29,420 bases of DNA from an uncultured Planctomycetales bacterium (GTDB lineage Bacteria > Omnitrophota > Gorgyraeia > Zapsychrales > Fredricksoniimonadaceae), in the NCBI GenBank assembly GCA_964396865.1, contig CAYNGE010000001.1, positions 1-29,420 of the forward strand. The letters are read 5' to 3'. The notes below the pieces were generated by a model. It saw nothing but the letters and a program-made list of their open reading frames with translations. It was not told the origin of the DNA and did no database searches. The translations under genes and the position numbers were made by a program. How positions within the stretch are numbered: position 1 is the first letter of the stretch; every line of letters begins with the position of its first letter. This document shows, piece after piece, positions 24,201-29,420 of this stretch.

Positions 24201-27200
24201 GAGTAGCGTTATAGGGATTTTTTAAGACCTCCCGCGCCTTAAGTACCAGTGCTTCAATTTCTGCCGCAGTATAGGGGCCGTATGTTTTTATGAGCTCCAG
24301 CCTGCTCTGATAATTCTTTGTCTGATCTGGAAACTCTTCTTCCAAATACTCGGCCGCCGGGTCCCTCCGGGCTAACAGGGCCAATGCGTCAATGGCCGCT
24401 ATGCGCACCGCCGGAGTTTGATTCTCCAGTCCCCGTCCGGAATCCTCTGAGTTTCCAGTTTGATGCCTGTATTTGGCAATTGTCGCCGCCACGACAACCG
24501 AGCCCAAAAGTCCCACCACAGGCCCCACGGTGTAGATGTTCATTAAAGATATTGCTGCCAGCCCAATCCCCCACTCCCCTGCCAAGGCAATGGTAGGAAA
24601 CAATATAAGACCTAAACCTATCATTAAGGTGAGCATAATCCCTCTGCCCTTAGTAAAGATACGGCCTCTTTTGACTTGAGCCTGTCTCTCTATATCTTGG
24701 GCCCTTTGATTATTTATTTGGGCATGCTTATGCTCTCCTAATGCCTCATAAATTCGAGCACGCATACGGTATAATTGGACATTAACTGACTTTTTCTCAA
24801 CACGATCCAATTGTTCAATGTGATTTAAAAGTATTAAAGAATTCTTAAGAAGGCTTTCATAATTCTTTGACGCTTTGTAACCGATCGTGTGCTCAACTAA
24901 ATCTAGAATGATCTGCTCATAGCCAAACAAGTCTGGTTTGATTGCAAACATCTGTGCCATAGCTTCATTGGCTCTACCAGAATCAAAAAGAGCCAATATA
25001 TGTGCTTTGAGACATATGCCTTTGTAGGGCTTTATGCCTTTCCTATATATAAGGATCGTCATAATGACGCCAAATAACAGTGCCGCAAAAACGACAAATA
25101 AAACAACAACTTTACTGTTAATCCCCATCGTCAATATTGTCGGTGTGAATACGCCCCCGCCAATGCCCCGCTCTCCTGCCTGATCGAACAATGGGAAGCT
25201 GTCCCCTTTAACTTTCCCATGGACATTTAGATTGCCCAAAAGAGCTAACTGTTCAAGGAATTTTTTCGGGTTATTATTTAACGGCTCCAATCTCTTTTTG
25301 GCCTCAAGAGATTCTTTTGTCTTTAAAAGATCAAGCCCGCACAAAACAGGCCGGCTGACCATCCCAAACTGCCCCCAACGGCTTAGTTTATTGACCATCG
25401 TTCTCTGCTCATTAAAATATTTATTAACGGTGACGATAAACCCTTGTGTGTCAAATTTATGAAGATCCGGCAACCCTGCTTGGAATTGTTCTATCTCTTT
25501 TTCTTTTCTGGCGCGTGTCACATAATATTCGGAAAGTCTTCTAATGGTCTGGTCAAATTCTACTTGAACCATTGTCTCAAAATTCCTTCGCTCTGCCTCA
25601 GTTAGTGCTAACCTTTGAGCGGTGACCTCTAGCTCTTCAGCCAATCGCTTTGCAACCGGGACTCTTGCAACAACAGTGGCATCCCCCGGCTCTTCTTCTT
25701 TCTCCTGAATAATTTCAATTTCTTTCGCGAGCCAATCATTTATTTTAGCCGACACGACCTTAAATTGTTGATCAATGGACCCTTGTCTTGCTTTGCGCTC
25801 CTGTTCAAGATTTAATTGCTTTTTTCTATCATCCAATCTCAACTGCAGATTCCGTACCATCGCTCCCAAAAAAGGGTTTTCTTCATTGGCCGTCAACTCC
25901 TCCATCGCGGCGGCGGCAACTCTCGATTCATGATATTTACGATTGCGGTCTTGATGGGCGGTGATACGGGCTTGGAGATTCTTTAAATCTCCGTTGTTGG
26001 GATATCGCGCATGCAGGGTTGTGATAAATTCACGAACGGACTCCTGTTCGTCCTTCGGATGGTCCTGAATAAACGCCTCAAGAAGAGCGGCGTATTTCGT
26101 CGGAGATGCATTCCAAAAATCAGTCTCCTCATCCACGGCCGCCTTCAGAGCAACGGCGAGTGCACGATCATTCTCGCAAGCCAAAATCATCCTCTCATGC
26201 CTCTTCCTAGCCATCTTGAGCATTCCAGGAGGCGCCAAAGGCGTCTGATCTAGCCCGTTTGGCGCTGTTTGATACAATAGAATTTCTTGGCGCAATTTTT
26301 CTTCTAATTGCTCAATTGCCCTTTCATGGCCGGATAGGCCTACTAACCATTCGATAAGAATGTTATATTCATCTTTTGCCAAAGATATGTTCAAGAAAAT
26401 ATAGATCACGTACCACAAGTCATCTATATGGGCCATGTCCGTTGTGTACCGCTGTTGATCGAAATATTTATCAATGACATTGCTTGTCACGCACTGGAGG
26501 CATGTCTGAATTTTGGGGAGATCGAATGCCGGGACCTTCTTTAATCTTCCTAAAGCGCTTGGATTTTTGATCGATATCTTCACTGCATAAACGATCTGCT
26601 GGAAATTTCTAATGTGCCCGTAAAGACCTTGCACGCCTAACTCCTTGGTTAAGTCAATGGGAGATGAGGGTTCGCCTTTATAAATTGTAGCCCCCTGAGA
26701 CAGAGCATGGATCTCTTTAATAGATGCAAGGAGTCCCGCCAGTTCGAACTTGCGGACAGACGCCTGCGGATTTTCCCCAGTACTTGGCCTTTGTTCTTCA
26801 ATGTCAGGATAGAGGCTGCCCCATCTTCTATTTCCCGTCCATGGCTTGGAGAGTTTGACTACTATTAAGTTATACCTCCACCCGGATCTAAAATTCCTAG
26901 GATTTAAGGCCGTAGTAACCTTCTTCATGTCTCTGAAACAAACAATCACTGTGTCCTCGCATCGATGTTTTATCACATAACTTATTGCAGGTATTTTCAG
27001 TACGGCTTCGTTGATCTCCCGCATTTTCTCTACTACTCTCTTCGGGTCATTTATCCTGCTCTTAAGATACGCTCGAAAGGCCCATACAGCCGCGTACACA
27101 ACGGCAGCGAGTGCAAGGATGGCAATAACAGGCCCGACCGGCCCGCCCATAAACGCAAACGCTAAAGCGGATCCTCCCAAAAGATTACCCCCGCCATGGA

Positions 27201-29418
27201 TTTCCTCAGCGATACTAGGCAGGCTACTGATACCGATAAGATCTCTGTTGCTGACTTGTGTACTTGGCCAATCGCCTGGCAAGTACCGGCGGCCGTTGAC
27301 AGAAAAGATTGCTTTTATCTGTCCATTTTGGTCAACAAGGTAAGGCTTTAATCGAGGATGCTGTTCCAGAAGAGACAGCCATACATCGTTAAGCGTTCGT
27401 TTATTCACAGCCACACGAACATAATTTTGCTCATTTGTGTCTTGCCACAAAGGTATGAAAATGAAGACGTCCAGTAAAAATCCACCCTGTTTGTTTTCCA
27501 TCTTTCGCTCAAATTCTAAATAACGTTCTCCAAAAATTGCCCTTTGGAGCATTACCAGACACTGATTATCCAGCCCTTTTAGGTAGTAACGCGTTTCTTG
27601 GGCATCACCAATGTAAAAATATGCAGCGATCACATGTAGCCAGGCAAGGGGATCACAAATGAAGTCCTTATGCACCGCTACCCATTGGGAATGAGGGCCG
27701 CCATCCCAGGCAAATCCAAATAAATCAAAGATCTGTTCATAAAAGATAGCTATTTGCGGTCGACACTTTAGCGGAGATGTTTTGAACTCAATCATTTCTA
27801 AAAGAAGCTTTCTATGCCCACTTCGAAGGCCATTCATTTTCTCAAACTGTTTTTTAAACGCCCCAAGAAGGCGATCATAGAATTCCTCAGGCATCTGGCA
27901 CAACTGCAAGTCATGCGGGAGGCCCGTCTTGTCAAGCGCTATTGCTTTTGTCCCATCGATTCTCTCAATGTGTGCTTGCTTGCCGCCAAGCTGACCATAA
28001 ACAGTCCCCGAAGGGTTGTTGTTATTGGCCGCCACAACCTTAGCCCCTTCGATTTTCATACCTAGGAGACGGACCTCCTGCCTGCCGATGATGTTGATTT
28101 TTGAAGCCAATTTAATGGCTTTCCGATGCAAAACAGAAGCTTTTTTATTCCAGAACGGTTCGTAACGCGAATCCTTTCTTAAAAGGAATTCAGCAATTTC
28201 ATGTTTGAAGGTCTCATCGGGGCCGGCTTTCTCTATAACTACCATAAGGACCTCATTGTATTTAACGACAACTCCGCCATCAAATTCCTTTAACGTGCCT
28301 GGCGCTACATAGTAAACCTCTACTGCCCGTGCATACCCTTCTACTTTAACGATCTCTGATTTGGTTGGCCAAAAACTAATAATACTGTTAATGCCTTTAT
28401 TATTCTTGGCTCCAACCACATTCGAAGTGGCGGGGTTTGACTCTTCGGGTTTTATGTGAATTTCAAATCTGCCGGCTACTTCAACTATGAGAAACTTCTT
28501 ACCATTAAAATCAAGAAAATCTAATATGTATTGAGGCACTTCAAACCCAATCCCTTTTACCCTAGGCCCTCTAATAAATCTTGGAATATAAGCGATCTTT
28601 GATACAACTTCCCTTATACGATCCCTTAGTTCTGTATCTCCTATTGAAGCTCCGTAAAAATTCCGAATCTTATATTCAAACTCCCATGAAGGATAAATGA
28701 CTATAAACCGGTTGTCGGGGTTATGGATATTAGGTGAAAGATAAAAAGACTTAGGCAGTCTTCGAACTACCCGTTTGGGCAGGATAATGAGCCCTTTCGC
28801 ATCACGGGTCACCTCGCAGAGGACATTAACAGAAGTACCTATAGCCGGCGCAGTAGGTTGTGCGGCAGATTGCCTGACCATAGCCGGGGTGATCCTTTGA
28901 TATTGCCTAATCGGCCTGACCTGCGCTGCGACAGCTTCTGCTTCGGTGGGTTGGGATTCGTGGATATTACGACTGTAAATGACAAGATCGGCAAGGCGAT
29001 TATTAAAATTCAAAACGTCGCGGATTTCTTTATCGGTGAGATTATCATGGCGCTGGCCTCGCTCGTCGCGATAAGAGATAACGGCTTTCCTGTTGACCTT
29101 GCCGACCTCATGGACCTCGATCATTTCAGGAGGGCCGGTCACCTTGTTGCTGTCTTTCATCCATTGTTCAAGATAGTTCAATGCCCAGCCCAAGTTCGAA
29201 AACACTTGCCGCACTTTCAATGGAAGACGTTGGTCTTTAGCCACCGCAACCATCGACTCTGACCACATTGGGTGGGCTTCGCCAGCATCTGAACCAATGG
29301 TAACAAATCGCTTCCTTCCCACCTCTCCGCCGGCACGCAAACGTTGGACTTCTGCCCTCAGGCCATTAACAACATCCGCATATGCCGGCGCCTCGCTAGA
29401 CACGAGCCAGACTTTGGT
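1..29418 (-). CDS. Internal fragment (>=9,806 aa, open at both ends) of a giant multidomain membrane polyprotein
   Basis: Manual translation shows no in-frame TAA/TAG/TGA from 29418 to 1. It begins TKVWLVSSEAPAYADVV and ends ...RSFVRQNEGLRGR. The other two minus frames hit stops within about 65 nt of the window end. Well-formed domain motifs occur in this frame throughout, and the ORF track has no minus ORF in this frame. Confidence 0.97.
250..642 (-). other. CPBP/CAAX type II-like intramembrane glutamic protease module
   Basis: LYFAPWYE (541-555; motif 1 with one Glu), YIASH (His 502; FxxxH-like), hydrophobic helices, AAHLYYN (HxxxN 277-291) then APLT. Confidence 0.55.
670..1029 (-). other. 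Degenerate receiver-like domain REC6 (His near the phospho-Asp position)
   Basis: FRLFLLENVPGI...EAVEELFHEYYPKILPSH (His 877)...VALFMN...AVIEKPFYFCKVIE. Confidence 0.55.
1660..2016 (-). other. Degenerate receiver-like domain REC5
   Basis: TVFILTQP...PKLLITFDQD...AQFIILSDE keeps the beta/alpha spacing of a REC domain but lacks the acidic pocket and Lys. Confidence 0.45.
2140..2514 (-). other. Receiver domain REC4 (all canonical residues present)
   Basis: LSILWLEDNDSIR...DEALAVMARNKFDVAIFDLGIP (Asp 2347)...IPILYAST...ILQKPYS (Lys 2188). Confidence 0.92.
2611..3018 (-). other. Receiver domain REC3
   Basis: LRVLIVEDEEDI...FDLSFIDFLLP (Asp 2848)...MITISA...VLCKSD. Confidence 0.88.
3142..3513 (-). 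other. Receiver domain REC2
   Basis: LRVLVVEDQ...IDLVVFDVTIG (Asp 3346)...IIAVTG; conserved Lys not evident. Confidence 0.85.
3616..3972 (-). other. Receiver-like domain REC1 (His at the phospho-Asp position)
   Basis: RVVIFDYHG...DVDLALIHV (His 3814)...CIMHS...ISQKDFTNERVVSIVE. Confidence 0.55.
4480..4860 (-). other. PEP-utilising enzyme mobile (phospho-His swivel) domain
   Basis: PIGLG...VLVDPYMGSRSAHNITLI matches the G..SH.ai motif; candidate phospho-His at 4615-4617, directly after PPDK_N. Confidence 0.65.
4900..5910 (-). other. PEP-synthase/PPDK-type nucleotide-binding (ATP-grasp, PPDK_N) domain
   Basis: IYGGKI (5866-5874), AIARSSGTWEDSFVRNLAGIF (5536-5559), GILIQPFLDFDVSGVAMS, MDVEWGL (4957-4968), IIQMRP. 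Confidence 0.88.
6349..7443 (-). repeat. Repeat B copy 2: radical SAM domain
   Basis: VDITEGCSTHCDYCCRPC (7162-7185), FNWFGADPL. A 44-nt exact DNA match at 7157-7200 and 15053-15096. Confidence 0.92.
7558..8097 (-). other. ECF-type sigma-70 factor domain (regions 2 and 4) embedded in frame
   Basis: DAGLVERAKRGDIQAFEMLMEQYKGRIF...HDAEDIVQETFITAWRKLRYFRGGSAFYTWIYPIAVNRSLNFIK; VLVLHCLEGLTALEISRIIKKPEGTTRRILFEAREVLK. Confidence 0.95.
8119..8436 (-). repeat. Repeat A copy 3 (N-terminal about 105 aa only)
   Basis: APAMRKTAREKYERLLLAGKYERALAVAMKAAEDEETDFWN...YAALLEAFIQDHP...DLKNRQARIAAHQ, truncated just before the sigma factor. Confidence 0.93.
9172..9381 (-). other. J-domain (DnaJ-like) with HPD motif
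   Basis: AESEEELKSIYRMFVQEVHPDHNPKDKEGSHEAFIDISKLF (HPD at 9283-9291). Confidence 0.85.
9880..10152 (-). other. Transglutaminase-like (Cys-His-Asp) domain
   Basis: KGSCWMNVLLGWAL (Cys 10111), AVHYYLLVKMGDKDFIVDIFS (His 10021, Asp 9976), in the order and spacing typical of the papain-like transglutaminase core. Confidence 0.65.
10213..10422 (-). other. Cluster of two to three transmembrane helices
   Basis: LFLLPMAYTIMPVLWGITTVALSLLIGNFIAHAIRAGPLT and IFSFLPFIFFAMAM. Confidence 0.75.
10522..12561 (-). other. SF2 DExH helicase domain, Hef/FANCM/MPH1-like
   Basis: FRAYQ (Q motif), TSLGKT 12463-12480, IVFVAPSNPLVRQH, EREKIWKESKIIIATS, DESH 12139-12150, LALTATP, about 280-aa insertion, HPKLEAL, KAIVFANN, ILVGQSGGKDGIRQTQREQ, SSSIGQVGLD, QRNGRSGR 10675-10698. 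Confidence 0.95.
13237..14238 (-). repeat. Repeat A copy 2
   Basis: APAMRKTARKKYEKLLLAG...YAALLEAFIQDHP...IQEKEEEPGD...LEPFNNNPKKFLERLALL, colinear with copy 1. Confidence 0.95.
14245..15339 (-). repeat. Repeat B copy 1: radical SAM domain
   Basis: VDITEGCSTHCDYCCRPC (CxxxCxxC at 15058-15081), FSWFAGDPL (GGE-like). The 1095-nt unit is colinear with 6349-7443. Confidence 0.92.
15472..15762 (-). other. GNAT acetyltransferase domain (2)
   Basis: VIAQIDYKV...LMVFMIHVDRNFQKRQIGTLLMLYL (motif A, V.x.xQ.xGiG.xL). Confidence 0.78.
15904..16503 (-). other. Rhomboid-family intramembrane serine protease domain with catalytic dyad present
   Basis: HLWTLFTYGFLHGSLFHLFVNGAVIYVFGK, VGSSAGIFALMAA (GxS, Ser at 16147), GNFGHAGGILAG (His at 15979). 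Confidence 0.95.
16561..16914 (-). other. About four transmembrane helices preceding the rhomboid core
   Basis: QMAFGTVMMSFGSL, PFVVVLGLAIIGVAIAY, LAVCLGVSLVLLFQLALFFI, GAMITMLISYFFW. Confidence 0.75.
16990..17481 (-). other. Degenerate HATPase_c (RsbW/anti-sigma kinase-like) domain
   Basis: LLLVLSLIMENIIQHE (N-box, Asn at 17326), VIRIFVH...LRFEIWGEG (G1 box lacking Asp), VGGHNFGISNLFEQLD (G2-like). Confidence 0.5.
17593..17775 (-). other. Two transmembrane helices
   Basis: SVAFCGFAITVLGHYWPGVQTFLIS and MLVDIFGALPLFVLGMAVG. Confidence 0.6.
17950..18261 (-). other. GNAT-like acetyltransferase domain (1)
   Basis: AIGEMYFN...AEVALRIYRGADTHSGIGLALMHRVVGLAR...ISIGFF resembles GNAT motifs A and B. 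Confidence 0.55.
19390..19872 (-). other. Class I SAM-dependent methyltransferase domain (2)
   Basis: DILIIGAGAGEIVRTI, LYKDQSFDMVLV, LVREIKRALRKNGQAFIH. Confidence 0.9.
20722..21531 (-). other. HAD-superfamily (Cof/IIB-type) phosphatase domain
   Basis: KVKALVSDLDGVL (DxD at 21490-21498), PLVLVTD (motif II), IFVFCAGGSFGY, SDKAGAVRSLL (motif III Lys), AMVLEDS (motif IV). Confidence 0.85.
21991..22401 (-). other. Possible type I phosphoribosyltransferase-like fold
   Basis: RPLVVIQNLSYGGVALAPI...PFIVVVDGTTSV loosely matches the PRTase beta-loop and the hhhhDD..tG PRPP-binding loop, but is degenerate. Confidence 0.35.
23296..23376 (-). other. Transmembrane helix followed by basic cluster
   Basis: LFTVALIVLGIELWHMWKRFRISKAKRSK. 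Confidence 0.65.
23470..23991 (-). other. Class I SAM-dependent methyltransferase domain (1)
   Basis: ETVLHILAGLGREAIFMARRHPGTKFFALDAN (motif I and beta2 Asp), IKLMMADA, LPDNSVDKVVSV, EVLRVVKKKRGVVLFD. Confidence 0.88.
24460..24642 (-). other. Cluster of about three transmembrane helices
   Basis: GIMLTLMIGLGLILFPTIALAGEWGIGLAAISLMNIYTVGPVVGLLGSVVVAATIAK. Confidence 0.75.
24679..24966 (-). other. TPR-like helical segment
   Basis: AHILALFDSGRANEAMAQM and LYRMRARIYEALGEHKHA resemble TPR helix pairs. Confidence 0.45.
25033..25128 (-). other. Transmembrane helix followed by basic residues
   Basis: VVVLFVVFAALLFGVIMTILIYRKGIK. Confidence 0.85.
25231..26229 (-). repeat. Repeat A copy 1: about 330-aa charged, helical module of unknown function
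   Basis: Aligns in frame with 13237-14238 and partly with 8119-8436. YAALLEAFIQDHP is shared by all three copies; 31-nt exact match atcccccggctcttcttctttctcctgaata at 25681 and 13687. Confidence 0.95.
27067..27186 (-). other. Transmembrane hairpin
   Basis: LLGGSALAFAFMGGPVGPVIAILALAAVVYAAVWAFRAYLK. Confidence 0.8.
28090..28320 (-). other. Putative metal-binding/zincin-like HExxE motif segment
   Basis: DETFKHEIAEFLL (HEIAE at 28189-28203) with a distal His (VLHRKA, 28126). This is not the canonical HExxH. Confidence 0.35.
28441..28833 (-). other. MraZ-like (tandem SpoVT/AbrB) DNA-binding domain within the giant ORF
   Basis: CEVTRDAKGLIILPKRVVRRLPKSFYLS...DNRFIVIYPSWEF...LRDRIREVVSKIAY...GFEVPQYILDFLDFNGKKFLIVEVAGRFEI follows the MraZ pattern (D-x-KG-x-x-x-P, l.iyP..ew, second-repeat iP..l, EI). 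The second DxxGR is not conserved. Confidence 0.7.
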
Positions 29419-29420
29419 CT

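Noticed and set aside
6349-26229. Repeats A and B as IS elements or assembly duplications
   Set aside because: No transposase, terminal inverted repeats or target duplications were seen. The copies are in frame and differ at many synonymous and non-synonymous sites, unlike duplicated assembly artefacts.
64-29262. All short ORFs in the supplied six-frame track
   Set aside because: They overlap the continuous domain-rich minus frame, either antisense or out of frame, and show no recognisable motifs. Look-alike pairs (e.g. 8209/26011, 7174/15092, 13079/25232) simply mirror repeats A and B.
1-29418. Alternative genetic code or stop readthrough as the cause of the long frame
   Set aside because: No TGA, TAG or TAA occurs in frame and Trp is encoded by TGG, so the standard code suffices.
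29161-29418. C-terminal end of a HAD-like domain (FVTIGSDAGEAHPMW...VAVA)
   Set aside because: The resemblance to motif IV is weak and the rest lies outside the window, so it cannot be supported.
1-29420. CRISPR array, tRNA/rRNA, terminators or promoters
   Set aside because: No regularly spaced short repeats or RNA-gene signatures were seen, and there is no intergenic space in the window.

Overview
The whole window is one internal slice of a single giant protein-coding gene on the minus strand. I translated the minus-strand frame (codons at + coordinates 1-3, 4-6 ... 29416-29418) by hand from end to end. It has no stop codon under the standard code: at least 9,806 uninterrupted codons, open at both window edges. 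The supplied ORF track misses it, probably because neither start nor stop lies in the window; none of its minus-strand ORFs is in this frame, and all listed ORFs look like shadow ORFs. N- to C-terminal (high to low coordinate), the protein is a beads-on-a-string polyprotein punctuated by transmembrane clusters. Its modules are: MraZ-like domain, HExxE motif, helical repeat A1, TPR-like segment, SAM methyltransferase, PRTase-like, HAD phosphatase, second methyltransferase, GNAT, HATPase_c-like, rhomboid protease, GNAT, radical SAM (B1), repeat A2, Hef/FANCM-like SF2 helicase, transglutaminase-like triad, J-domain, partial repeat A3, ECF sigma factor, radical SAM (B2), PEP-synthase/PPDK-type ATP-grasp plus phospho-His swivel, six receiver-like domains, a CPBP (CAAX type II)-like membrane protease and a third methyltransferase. 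The architecture resembles giant membrane proteins known from Omnitrophota (OP3); this taxonomy is inferred, not shown. The most novel-looking parts are a possible ATP-grasp/His-swivel-to-receiver phosphorelay and two in-cis intramembrane proteases that could process the polyprotein and release a sigma factor and enzymes. Domain calls come from motif recognition by eye, with no database search; boundaries are approximate. No RNA genes, CRISPR arrays or mobile elements were seen.
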